Assembly: GCA_046290465.1 (NCBI GenBank)
Contig: JBKAGP010000001.1
Span: forward strand, 4,992,001 to 5,056,000
Source: Planctomycetota bacterium
Lineage (GTDB): Bacteria; Planctomycetota; UBA1135; UBA2386
Direction of reading: 5' to 3'
Length of the DNA: 64,000 bases
The first letter of the stretch is position 1. Each line of letters starts with the position of its first letter. This document shows positions 46,105-55,416 of this stretch, one piece after another. The position numbers were made by a program, and so were the translations under genes. Below the pieces are notes generated by a model. That model saw only the letters and a list, made by a program, of their open reading frames with translations, searched no databases and was not told the DNA's origin.

Positions 46105-46152
46105 GGCAGTCCGGTAGTCGGGCAGTCTGGCAGTCCGGCAGTCGGGCAGTCC
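46105..46152. repeat. Six tandem 8-bp repeats GG(C/T)AGTCN
   Basis: GGCAGTCC GGTAGTCG GGCAGTCT GGCAGTCC GGCAGTCG GGCAGTCC. Confidence 0.85.
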
Positions 46153-46165
46153 GGTTCCGCGCGGG

Positions 46166-47065
46166 TTACTCGAGGTGCCGCGGCAGCTCGAGTTCGTCGA
46201 GTTCTGCGAACAGCGCCTCCTCGGCGCCGTCGGCCAGCGGTGGCACCGGCTCGCGCACGCCACCGACGTCGACGCCGAGGTACTTCATCGTGGCCTTCGC
46301 GGCGGCCAGGTAGCCGTGGCTCGTGAGGCGCTCGACCAGCAGCGCCACGTAGCTCTGCTGCTGGCGCGCGGTCTCGAGATCCCCGGCCGAGAACGATTCG
46401 AGCAGGCGATGGTAGACCGGCATCGCGAAGTTGTAGGTGCTGCCCATCGCGCCGTGGGCGCCCAGTGCGATGCCGGTGACGACCTGCTCGTCGCAGCCCC
46501 AGTAGAGCCGCAGCGCGTCGCCGTGCTCGCGGCGCACCGCCTGGAAGTCGAGCACGTCCGGGTGCGTGAACTTGATGCCGGTGAAGCTCGGGATCCGTTC
46601 GCGTGCGAGCCGCGCGAACGGCGCCATCGGCACGTGCACGTGCGACAGCACCGGGATGTGGTCGTAGACGAACGGCAGGTCGGTGGCCGCGTCGGCGACC
46701 TCGGCGCACGCCGCGACCAGCCGTTCGACGTCGCGGATCGCGAGCCAGCTCGGCGGCGCCGCGCAGATGCCGTTGGCGCCGATCTCGGCGGCGTGTTCGG
46801 CGAGCGCGGCGGCGTCGCGCAGGCTGTTGTGGCCGACGTGCACCCACAGCTCCAGCGCGCCACCGGCCTCGGCCCAGCGCGAGGCGAGCGCGCGGCGCTC
46901 GTCGCAGGTCAGCGAGCATCCCTCGCCGGTGCTGCCGGCGACCAGCACGCCGTTGACGCCGAGCCTGCGCAGGTGCTCGGCCTGGCGGCGAACGGCGCGC
47001 AGCGCGAGGTCGCCGTTCTGGGCGAACGGCGTGTGAGGGGCGGCGATCCAGTCGAACTCGGGCAT
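46166..47065 (-). CDS. DHDPS/N-acetylneuraminate lyase family protein
   Basis: APHTPF, GSTGE, VHVG, GIKFT (Schiff-base Lys), GSTYN. Confidence 0.88.
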   Translation of the reverse strand: MPEFDWIAAPHTPFAQNGDLALRAVRRQAEHLRRLGVNGVLVAGSTGEGCSLTCDERRALASRWAEAGGALELWVHVGHNSLRDAAALAEHAAEIGANGICAAPPSWLAIRDVERLVAACAEVADAATDLPFVYDHIPVLSHVHVPMAPFARLARERIPSFTGIKFTHPDVLDFQAVRREHGDALRLYWGCDEQVVTGIALGAHGAMGSTYNFAMPVYHRLLESFSAGDLETARQQQSYVALLVERLTSHGYLAAAKATMKYLGVDVGGVREPVPPLADGAEEALFAELDELELPRHLE

Positions 47066-47120
47066 GGTGCAGTTCTCGCGAACTGCACCTGTACCCGAGC
47101 AAGGCCGCCGCGCCCAGCTT

Positions 47121-47290
47121 CTAGGAGCGCGTCCATGTAGTGGACGCGCTGCCGACCGTGATCGCGGAAGCGGCGTCTGCGCGTGCGGACGGGGCTTTGC
47201 CCACTAGGAGCGCGTCCATGTAGTGGACGCGCTGCCGACCGTGATCGCGGAAGCGGCGTCTGCGCGTGCGGACGGGGCTTTGCCCACTAG
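47121..47290. repeat. Perfect 83-bp tandem duplication bounded by CTAG, with internal palindromes
   Basis: 47121-47203 is identical to 47204-47286, followed by a third CTAG at 47287-47290. Confidence 0.92.
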
Positions 47291-49614
47291 CGGATGCCGC
47301 CGCGACGGCGGCGGCGATCGGCGCTGCGACGATCCGCGTCCTCGGCCGCCATCTCCGTCTTGATGGCAGCCCACTTCCGCGCCGCCTCGTCCTTGCTCAG
47401 GTCGCCGCGCCGGACCGCGGCCTCGATGCGCGCCTCCAACGCCTTCAGGTCGCGGCCGCCCTGCCGGGCCGACTTCTTCCTGGCCTCGGCCTGCGCCTTG
47501 CGCTCGGCCTTCTTCTTGGCCGCCATCTCCTTGCGCAGCGCGTTCCACTTCTTCTTGGCGTCCTGCTTGCTGAGGTCGCCGCGCTCGACGGCCGCGTCGA
47601 GTGCGGCGCGCAGGTCCTGCAGCTGCTTCCTCGCGTCGTCGGCGCGCGCGTCCCGCTGCGGCGCCCTGCCGTCGGTAGCGCGCTTGTCGACGGGCTTGTC
47701 GCTCTGCAGCTGCGTCCACTTCTGCCGCGCTTCCTGCCGGCTGAGGTCGCCGCGCTCGACCGCAGCTTCGAGGCGGCGACGAACGGCTTCGCCGCGGTCG
47801 GCGCGGTCGGTCTTCGCGGCGCGGGCGCGCTGCTTCTCGACCTCGGCGAGCTTGCGGCGGTAGGCCTCGATCTTGTCGGTCATCTGCTCGACCTTGCGGG
47901 CCATGTCCTCGCGCTCGAGCTTGCCGTTCTTGACGGCGACCTCGAGTTGGCGGCGAACGTCCTCGTACTGCGCGCGGGCCGCGCGGTAGGCGTCGCGCGC
48001 GTCGGTGCGCGCCTGCGCCCCGCGCGGATCCTGCTGCTGCTTCTTCTCCGCGTACTCCTTCCACAGGCGCGCGGCCTGTTCGCGGTCGATGCGGCCGTTG
48101 TCGATCGCTGCACCGAGGCGCTTCTTGTACTCGGCGGCGCGCTCGTCCCGCCCGTCGCGGTCGCGGCGCTCGCGCAGCTCGCGCGTGCGCGCCTCGAGAT
48201 CGCGTTGGCGGTCCTGCAGCTCGCGCTGGCGACGGATCAGCTCGCGGCGCTCGCTCTCGTCGCGGTCGCGCCGGCGAACCCGTTCGACCTGCCGGTCGGC
48301 AGCCTCGCGGTCGAGCTGTTCCTGACGCTTCGCGGTCTCGAGTTCGAGTTGCGCCATGCGCTCCCGCAGGATCTTGCGGGCCTCGGACGGGTCGACGCGG
48401 CCCGAGTCGATCGCGGCCTTCAGGCGGCGCCGCATCGCCTCGGCGCGTTCCTTCAGCTCGTCGGCCTGGTTGCGGTCGCGGCTTGCGTCGCGGCCGCGCG
48501 GCTCCTGCTTCGCTGCGGACTTCTTCAGCGCGCCGAGCATCGTCCGCATGTCCTGCTTGCTGAGTTCTCCGGCCTTGACCGCGCGCTCGAGGCGCTCGGA
48601 AACGGCCTCGACATCCGGGTTCTGGGCGTAGGCGACGCCGAGCGGCATCAGCAGCGCGGCGCACGCGGCGAGCGTGCCCTGCAGCCAGCGCGGCACCGTC
48701 TTGACGGGGGTCTTGGAAACGATCATCTCGAACCTCTTCTGGAGGAAGCCGCCGCTGTTGATCTCGCTCGCCATCGCCGGTGGGCGGGGCCCCGGCATGG
48801 CGAGGAACTCGACCGCTGCGAGCAGCGAGTTCGCGTAGGAGTGTCGCGAGCCCTGCAGCGTGCGCATCACCAGCGCATCGCAGCAGACCTCTTCGTTGGC
48901 GCGCAGGTTGCGGCGCGCCCACCACGTGACCGGGTTCCACCAGAACGCCACGCACGTCAGCCACTCGATCCAGCGCACCAGGTGGTCACCGCGCCGGACG
49001 TGGCCGAGTTCGTGGGCGAGGATCCAGCGGAGCTGGTCGTCGGGCAGCTGCGTGGCCATCTCGACCGGCAGGTAGATCTGCACGCGTCCGCCGAGCCACC
49101 AGACCATCGGCGTGACGCGCGCGGTGGTGACGTACAGGTCGGGGGCGCGGCGCAGGCCGAAGCGGTGGCTGAGCGCGGCAAGCTGCGCCGTCAGGGCTGG
49201 CGGCGTGGTCGCACGCGAGCGACGCAGCAGCCGCTGGAACGTCGCGACGCGGGTGAGCGACCAGCAGAGCACGACGGCGCTGCCGAGCAGCCACGCGCAC
49301 ACGAGCAGCGTGCCGGCGCCCGGCAGCGACCAGGTCGCGGCGTCGGCCAGCGGTTCGACTTCGGCCATCGCGGGCAGGGCGGCGTCGACGTGGACCGGGA
49401 GCTGGTCCGCGGTCGGCGACGCCGCCTCGGCCGGCAACGGCACGATCGGCAGCGTGAACAGCGGCGGCGTCAGCAGCTTGACGAGGGCCAGCGTCCACAG
49501 CAGGTGCGCGACCATCGGCCGGCGCAGCCGCGTCTGCGCGGTCCACGCGCAGCCGGCCAGCGCAGCCGAGACCAGCAGGTTGCCGGCGACGAAGTGCAGC
49601 AGGTAGTCGCTCAT
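47287..49614 (-). CDS. M56/BlaR1-family membrane metallopeptidase with a repetitive helical C-terminal domain
   Basis: TM helices, ILAHELGHVRRGDH, FWWNP, EEVCCD; charged C-terminal repeats. Confidence 0.9.
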   Translation of the reverse strand: MSDYLLHFVAGNLLVSAALAGCAWTAQTRLRRPMVAHLLWTLALVKLLTPPLFTLPIVPLPAEAASPTADQLPVHVDAALPAMAEVEPLADAATWSLPGAGTLLVCAWLLGSAVVLCWSLTRVATFQRLLRRSRATTPPALTAQLAALSHRFGLRRAPDLYVTTARVTPMVWWLGGRVQIYLPVEMATQLPDDQLRWILAHELGHVRRGDHLVRWIEWLTCVAFWWNPVTWWARRNLRANEEVCCDALVMRTLQGSRHSYANSLLAAVEFLAMPGPRPPAMASEINSGGFLQKRFEMIVSKTPVKTVPRWLQGTLAACAALLMPLGVAYAQNPDVEAVSERLERAVKAGELSKQDMRTMLGALKKSAAKQEPRGRDASRDRNQADELKERAEAMRRRLKAAIDSGRVDPSEARKILRERMAQLELETAKRQEQLDREAADRQVERVRRRDRDESERRELIRRQRELQDRQRDLEARTRELRERRDRDGRDERAAEYKKRLGAAIDNGRIDREQAARLWKEYAEKKQQQDPRGAQARTDARDAYRAARAQYEDVRRQLEVAVKNGKLEREDMARKVEQMTDKIEAYRRKLAEVEKQRARAAKTDRADRGEAVRRRLEAAVERGDLSRQEARQKWTQLQSDKPVDKRATDGRAPQRDARADDARKQLQDLRAALDAAVERGDLSKQDAKKKWNALRKEMAAKKKAERKAQAEARKKSARQGGRDLKALEARIEAAVRRGDLSKDEAARKWAAIKTEMAAEDADRRSADRRRRRGGIR

Positions 49615-49991
49615 GCTTCCTCCTCGCGGCTGCGGTCGAGCAGCGCACGGAGCTGCGCGATGTCGTCGGACGAGATCCGGTTGGCGTCGAGCAGGTGGGT
49701 GAGCAGCGGCGCCAGCGAGCCGCCGGTGAGCTTGTCGGCGAGCGACTCGAGCTGGCTGCCGGCGTAGGCCTCGCGGGTCAGGGTCGTCGCGAACAGGTGC
49801 ACCGGCAGGCTGCGGTCGCGGCGCACGAACCCCTTGTCCTCGAGCCGCTGCAGCAGGCGCTGCACGGTGCCGTGCTGCGCCTTGTCCGCGCCGGGGTAGA
49901 GCTGCTCGCGGATCTGCCGCGCGGTCTGCGGCTGCTCGCTCCAGAGCAGCTCCATGATGGCCAGTTCGGCGTTCGCGAGCGGTTGGGTCAT
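49611..49991 (-). CDS. blaI: BlaI/MecI/CopY family repressor (126 aa)
   Basis: LANAELAIMELLW, TVQRLLQRLEDKGFVRR, GGSLAPLL; ATGA overlap with the M56 gene. Confidence 0.9.
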   Translation of the reverse strand: MTQPLANAELAIMELLWSEQPQTARQIREQLYPGADKAQHGTVQRLLQRLEDKGFVRRDRSLPVHLFATTLTREAYAGSQLESLADKLTGGSLAPLLTHLLDANRISSDDIAQLRALLDRSREEEA

Positions 49992-50017
49992 GTTCGGCGT
50001 GATTCGATCTGGTCGGA

Positions 50018-50063
50018 TACGACAGGTTGTCGCATGTCTACGACTGCTTGTCGTATCTGTCAA
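50018..50063 (-). promoter_or_regulatory. Tandem BlaI-type operators overlapping the blaI promoter
   Basis: TACGAC-N5-GTCGCA (50018-50034) and TACGAC-N5-GTCGTA (50039-50055); TTGACA on the minus strand at 50063-50058. Confidence 0.8.
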
Positions 50064-50128
50064 CCGCCATCGGCATGGGGATCTGCCCTGCTGGAGCCGG
50101 CCTGCTCGGGGGCGGGTGGTCTGTGGGT

Positions 50129-50740
50129 TCAGGTGCCGGTCGCGTTCCAGGCGAGGATCAGGGCGCGGCGCCAGTCGTCGGTCCGGTTGGCCGCCGTGTG
50201 GTGCGCGACCAGCTCGTGGTAGACCAGCGCGCTGCCGGCTTCGGTCGCGGCGTGGCGGGTCTCGCCGTGGATCGCGTCGCTGCAGGACGGCAGGTCGGTG
50301 CCGTGCATCCGGTGCGGCAGCAGTTCGCCCGGGAGGTGGCTGCCAGGCAGGAACCCGAAGCAGCCGTTGTGTTCGTCGGTGCGGTCGATCGCGAGCCAGG
50401 TGGTGACCGTCGTGGGCCGCGAGTCCGGCCAGAACCGGCGATCCTGGTGCCAGCCGATCGCGCCGCCGGGTTCGTTGGGCGGCTTTGCATACCACTGCGC
50501 GAACGCGAGCTTCGCCTCGACCTCGAGGCAGCTGCTGGCCAGCCCGCGGCAGCGTGCGACCAGCGATTCGGGCAGCACGCGTTCGCTTGCGGGGCCGACG
50601 AAGATCCGATCGAGCGGGATCAGCGTCGGGTACTCGACCGTCAGCAGGGTGCGTTCGCCAGCAGTGATGACGTCCGGCACGACGACGAAGCCGTCGGCGC
50701 GGTAGCGGGTGAGCTGCTCGTCGGTGAGCTGGTCCGGCAC
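50129..50740 (-). CDS. Phytanoyl-CoA dioxygenase (PhyH) family 2OG-Fe(II) enzyme
   Basis: WHQD, WLAID…NGC…PGSH, distal H…AANRT…RRA. Confidence 0.85.
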   Translation of the reverse strand: MPDQLTDEQLTRYRADGFVVVPDVITAGERTLLTVEYPTLIPLDRIFVGPASERVLPESLVARCRGLASSCLEVEAKLAFAQWYAKPPNEPGGAIGWHQDRRFWPDSRPTTVTTWLAIDRTDEHNGCFGFLPGSHLPGELLPHRMHGTDLPSCSDAIHGETRHAATEAGSALVYHELVAHHTAANRTDDWRRALILAWNATGT

Positions 50741-50824
50741 CGCCGCATGATACGACGTCCGGCCGGATCGCGCGCCGCGGGCCGATGCCCGCGGCGCGGC
50801 GGTCTCGGGACCGCCTGCGAACTT

Positions 50825-53800
50825 TTAGCGGCGGTCGCGGTTGCCGACCTGCTGCGGTTCGGCCGCTTCCTGCGACTCCTGGGCCTGCTTCTCGTCGCTG
50901 CCCTGGATCAGGCCCGCTTCCATCGCCTCGCGGTAGCTCGGCGCGTGCGGGATCTTCTCGGCCTTGCGCTCGTGGTAGGGCACGCCGCGCCGCATCCACT
51001 CGGGCGCCGGCGCGCCCTTGAGGTGGTGGTCGAAGAACTCCTGCATGCGGCGGGTCCAGTCGCGCTGGTTCGGGCGCTTGCGCAGGCCGTGGTCCTCGCC
51101 GTTGTAGTTGGCGAGGTAGGCCTCCTTGCCGAGACGGCGCATCGCGACGAAGAACTCGATGCCCTGGTACCACGGGACCGCGCCGTCCTTGTCGTTGTGC
51201 AGGATCAGCACCGGCGTGTTGGCCTTGTCGAGGTGGAACAGCGGCGAGTTCTCCCAGTACTGCATCGGGCGCTCCCAGATGGTGCCGCCGATGCGCGACT
51301 GGGTCTTCTCGTACTGGAACTGGCGCGACATGCCCGAGCCCCAGCGGATGCCGCCGTAGGCCGAGAACATGTTGACGACCGGCGCGCCCGACTCGGCGGC
51401 CGCGAAGATGTCGGTGCGCGTGATCAGGTGCGCGGTCTGGTAGCCGCCCCACGAGTGGCCGGCGACGCCGATCGCGTCGCGGTCGACGAAGCCCTTGGCG
51501 ATCAGGCTCTGCACGCCGGAGACGACGCACTTCTCGCACGACTCACCCGGGTAGCCGTCGCGGTAGACGATGTCCGGCACGAACCACAGGTAGCCGTTGG
51601 AGACGTAGTAGGCCGCGTTGGGCGACGTGCCGATGCTCGGCGAGACGAAGCTGTGCACGCGGTTGCTGCTCTTCTCGTAGAAGTAGACCATCATCGGGTA
51701 CTTCTTGTTCGGGTCGAAGCCGTCGGGCTTCACCAGGTAGCCCTTGAGGTCGACGCCGTCGTCCGAGCGCCAGTGCACCAGCTCGGCCTTGCCCCAGCGG
51801 ACCTCGTCGCGCAGCGGGCACGCGTCGGTCAGCTTCTTGGCGTTGTCGAACGTCAGGTCCGACGTCCAGACGTCGGGGTACTGGTCGAACCGGCTGAACG
51901 TCATGAACAGGCGGTCGGCATCCTTCGGGCGCGAGACCCGGCCGATGCTCATGTCCTTCATCACGACCTTCTTCGGCTTGGCGACGCCGTCGATGGTGTC
52001 GGTGTAGTAGCCGGTCGCGTAGGTGTTGGTGTCGGTCGCGCTGAGCACCAGCTCGTTGCGCAGCCAGCGGCGCTTCTCGTTGTCGTCGCGCTCGGCGTCC
52101 GGTCGCAGGTCGACGCCGCTGTTGCGGAACGTGATGCCGCTGGCGCGGCCGAGGCCGTCGGTGACGCAGCGGAACGCGCCGGTCTGCGGGTTGATCGCCC
52201 AGATGTCGAACTCGTCGTTGATCAGCACCTCGGCGTCGTCCTTGGTCCAGCCGGTCACGCCGTGGGCGCGGTGCGGCTCGGGGCGGTCGTCCTGCTCGCG
52301 GTCGAACGCGACCGGAATGCCCGAGGTCAGGTTGCGCGTCGTGCCCTTGTGCACGTCGTAGCAGTGCCAGTCGTAGTCGCGGTGGTCGAACCACACCACG
52401 TAGTTGCCGCCGGTCGAACGGCTGGTGCTGCCGCGCAGGCCTTCGACGATCTTCTTGCGGCTGCCGTCGATCGTGTTGACGACGTAGGTGTCGCTGTAGC
52501 GACCGTCCCACGTGACCATCATCTCGTACGGCTTCGAGTCGCTCTGCAGCGCGCGCGAACCGTCGTCGGTCAGCAGCGAGATGCGCGGGTTCTCCGGCGT
52601 GCCGAGCACGACCGCGCGGTCGACGTCCAGGTGGTAGGCGGCCGTCAGGGACGCGCGGCGCGGATCGCTGCGCTTGGCCTGCATCGTCTGCAGCAGACCG
52701 TCCCGGTAGTGCCACAGGTCGAGGTTGACCTCGTCCTCGCCGAGGATCTTCGGCAGCTCTTCCGGCTTCGGCTGGCTGAGGCTGAACATCAGCACCGAGC
52801 CGTCACGCGAGAAGCTCAGGCCCGACGAGCGCAGCTCGTGCTCGGCCGGGATCCCGGCGGTGTCCTTGGTCAGGATGCGGCGCGCGGGCTTCTCGTTGAA
52901 CTGCCACAGGTAGACTTCGCGCTCGGTCTCCTTCTTGCCGAACGTGCGCAGGTCGCTGGTGAAGGCGAGCTGCTTGTCGTCGTTGTCGGTGGTCATGCCC
53001 GACACGTTGCTGTAGCCGGCGAGCACGTTGACGGTCGCGCCGGTGGCCAGCTCGCGCGCGAACAGGCCCTGCTCGACGCCTTCCTGGTCCTTCTTGGTGC
53101 CGACCGTGTACCAGAGCCACTTGCTGTCGGCGAGCGTGCCGTAGCTGCGCACGTGCTCGATGGTCTCGTCCTTGCCGGTCGCGAGGTTGCGGATCACCAG
53201 CCTGGTGCCGTCGCTGCGCTTGCCGCCGGACGACGAGCTGTCGCCGCCGTCACCGCGAGCCGCACCGCCACGGCGTCCGCCGCGACCCTGACCGCGTCCC
53301 TGACCTTGACCGCGCGGGCCGCGTCGGCCGCCGCGGGTGCGCTCGGGGCGCGCCGGCTCTTCGGCCTTCTGCTCCGGGGTCTCCTTGTTCTGCTCGCCCT
53401 TCTCTTGGGCGGCCTTCTTCGGTGCCCCCTTCTTCTGGGTGCCCTTCTCTTGGGCCGACTGCTCGCCCTCGGCCTTCTCGTTGCCCTCGGCGGGCTTGTC
53501 GTCGTCCTTCTTCTCTTCCTTCTTCGGCTCCGGCTTCTCGAAGTGGATCAGCATCAGGTCGCTGTCCGACACCAGGCGGTAGCCCTTCACGTTCTCGATC
53601 TTGGCGACCTCGCCGGTCGCGAGGTCGAGCACGTGCACGCGCTTGGTCCGCGCCTTGGCCTCCTTCTCGGCGGCCTTCTCCTGCTCGCTCTTGGCGTTCT
53701 TCTCCGACTTCTGCGCCGGCTTCTTCTCGGCCTTCTTCTCCGGCTCGGGCAGACCGAGGAAGCCGCGCACCTCGGACATCGACGCGCCGCGCTGTTCGAT

Positions 53801-54280
53801 CATGCGCCGGGCCATCGCCTCGGTCATGCCGCGCTCGGCGAGCGCTTCCTTGATGTCCGGCGGCAGCTCTTCGGACTCCTCCGCTGCGCCGCCCTTCTTC
53901 TCTTCCTTCTTCGCGTAGAGCTTCTCGAGCTTCTTGCGACGCTCCTCTTCGTACGACTTGCCGATCTTGAAGAACGCCAGCTTGCTGTCGTTGGAGAGCG
54001 ACACGCTGGTCCCGAGCGGGAACTCGTACTTCTTGTCGCCGTCGACCTGCTGCACGTAGAGCGTGCCGTCGCCGACGCGCGGGTTGATCGAGTAGGCCAT
54101 CCACTGGCCGTCGTTGCTGTAGCTGGTGCTGCGCAGCGACGTCCACTGGTCGTAGTCGTCGTGGGTGACGGCCCGCTTGGTGGCCTGGGCGAGGATCGTG
54201 TCGGTCGTGGCGAGCGGCGCGAGCAGCGCGGCCAGTGCCAGCGTCGAACGGAAGGTGCCTCTACGGAGGAACTGCGTCAT
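50825..54280 (-). CDS. Secreted S9 family (prolyl oligo/dipeptidyl) peptidase
   Basis: Signal peptide, beta-propeller region, GHSWGG, DKDGAVP, GEDHG catalytic triad. ATG at 54280. Confidence 0.92.
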   Translation of the reverse strand: MTQFLRRGTFRSTLALAALLAPLATTDTILAQATKRAVTHDDYDQWTSLRSTSYSNDGQWMAYSINPRVGDGTLYVQQVDGDKKYEFPLGTSVSLSNDSKLAFFKIGKSYEEERRKKLEKLYAKKEEKKGGAAEESEELPPDIKEALAERGMTEAMARRMIEQRGASMSEVRGFLGLPEPEKKAEKKPAQKSEKNAKSEQEKAAEKEAKARTKRVHVLDLATGEVAKIENVKGYRLVSDSDLMLIHFEKPEPKKEEKKDDDKPAEGNEKAEGEQSAQEKGTQKKGAPKKAAQEKGEQNKETPEQKAEEPARPERTRGGRRGPRGQGQGRGQGRGGRRGGAARGDGGDSSSSGGKRSDGTRLVIRNLATGKDETIEHVRSYGTLADSKWLWYTVGTKKDQEGVEQGLFARELATGATVNVLAGYSNVSGMTTDNDDKQLAFTSDLRTFGKKETEREVYLWQFNEKPARRILTKDTAGIPAEHELRSSGLSFSRDGSVLMFSLSQPKPEELPKILGEDEVNLDLWHYRDGLLQTMQAKRSDPRRASLTAAYHLDVDRAVVLGTPENPRISLLTDDGSRALQSDSKPYEMMVTWDGRYSDTYVVNTIDGSRKKIVEGLRGSTSRSTGGNYVVWFDHRDYDWHCYDVHKGTTRNLTSGIPVAFDREQDDRPEPHRAHGVTGWTKDDAEVLINDEFDIWAINPQTGAFRCVTDGLGRASGITFRNSGVDLRPDAERDDNEKRRWLRNELVLSATDTNTYATGYYTDTIDGVAKPKKVVMKDMSIGRVSRPKDADRLFMTFSRFDQYPDVWTSDLTFDNAKKLTDACPLRDEVRWGKAELVHWRSDDGVDLKGYLVKPDGFDPNKKYPMMVYFYEKSSNRVHSFVSPSIGTSPNAAYYVSNGYLWFVPDIVYRDGYPGESCEKCVVSGVQSLIAKGFVDRDAIGVAGHSWGGYQTAHLITRTDIFAAAESGAPVVNMFSAYGGIRWGSGMSRQFQYEKTQSRIGGTIWERPMQYWENSPLFHLDKANTPVLILHNDKDGAVPWYQGIEFFVAMRRLGKEAYLANYNGEDHGLRKRPNQRDWTRRMQEFFDHHLKGAPAPEWMRRGVPYHERKAEKIPHAPSYREAMEAGLIQGSDEKQAQESQEAAEPQQVGNRDRR

Positions 54281-54499
54281 TTCGGCTGTCGGTTTCTTGG
54301 GGGGGAGGGGGCCCCGCAAGGTACCGGCTCGCTTCCCGACCTGGATCGACAGCACGCAACCAGAAGGTAACGAGGGTGTCCTGAGGCGGTCACTCCCGGC
54401 CCGATCGCGACCCGAATGGCCGCTCGCGACCCGATGGCCGCTCGGGGCCGTCCGGTCGCTTGCGCCCGGGTGGATCGGGGCCGCGCGCCGCCAGGCATC

Positions 54500-55264
54500 T
54501 CATCGCGCCCGTTCGCGGCCGAGGTCCGCGAGCATCGCGAACACCTGGTCGAACGTGCCGTTGGCCTCGGCGTGCCGCAGCGGCGCGACGCCGTCGATGA
54601 CCACCTCCTGCCGGTCGGGGTGCTCGACCAGGATCGCCATCGTGTCGCGCACGTAGTCGTCCAGCGGCATCGCGCGTTGGTCGCTGGCGTGGGCGTCGCC
54701 GGTCAGGTGCGTGCGCACGTACGGCGGGATCAGCTCCAGCACCTGGACGCCGCGCTCGCGCAGCTGCTCGCGCAACGCGACCGTGTACGAGTGCAGCGCG
54801 GCCTTGCTGGCGTTGTAGCTCGGCGTCGCGGCCATCGGCACGAACGCCAGGCCCGACGTGACGTTGAGGATCGCGGCGTGGTCGCGCTGCACGAGGTGGG
54901 GGAGCAGCGCGGCGGTCGTCCGGATCGGTCCGAGCAGGTTGGTGGTCACGGTCCGTTCGCCGATCGCGGCGCCGTCGCGAATCGCGTCCTCGTAGTGCAT
55001 CACGCCGGCGTTGTTGATCAGCACGTTGAGCTCGGGGAAGCGTTCGGGCAGTTGCCGGCCGGCGCGGGCGATGTCGTCCGGGTCGGTCACGTCGAGCGCA
55101 AACGCGTGCATGCCCGGATTGGCGGCGACGGTCTCGTCGAGGCGCGCCTGGCTGCGGCCGCCGACGACGACGGTGTTGCCGAGGCGGTGGAAGGCCTCGC
55201 AGAGGCCGCGGCCGATGCCGCTGCCGCCGCCGGTGATGAAGATGGTGTTTCCTTGGGTCTGCAT
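54500..55264 (-). CDS. SDR oxidoreductase (DltE-like)
   Basis: TGGGSGIG, NNAG, YNASK. ATG at 55264. Confidence 0.9.
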   Translation of the reverse strand: MQTQGNTIFITGGGSGIGRGLCEAFHRLGNTVVVGGRSQARLDETVAANPGMHAFALDVTDPDDIARAGRQLPERFPELNVLINNAGVMHYEDAIRDGAAIGERTVTTNLLGPIRTTAALLPHLVQRDHAAILNVTSGLAFVPMAATPSYNASKAALHSYTVALREQLRERGVQVLELIPPYVRTHLTGDAHASDQRAMPLDDYVRDTMAILVEHPDRQEVVIDGVAPLRHAEANGTFDQVFAMLADLGRERAR

Positions 55265-55416
55265 GATGCGGGCGTGATGGGTCGGTTGGTCTTCGGTTGG
55301 GGCGAATCGCTTGCTCGCCACCTTGCGCACCCTTTTGGTAGATTGCCGCCCACTGGGCAACGCGCGGTCTGGCCCAACAACTTGCACGATCCGCGCAGTC
55401 GTGGCCGAAGACGATC

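Noticed and set aside
47121..47290. Possible CRISPR array
   Set aside because: Two identical 83-bp units with no unique spacers, and no cas genes in the window.
43556..49991. Beta-lactam resistance locus (serine hydrolase plus blaR/blaI)
   Set aside because: The M56 protein lacks a penicillin-binding sensor, the hydrolase is separated by unrelated genes, and I saw no operator upstream of it.
50027..54370. 1447-aa plus-strand ORF and many other long Arg/Ala/Pro-rich ORFs (e.g. 3300-6401, 9804-12926, 56217-59237)
   Set aside because: Shadow frames of real genes, expected in high-GC DNA with few stop codons; no domain motifs.
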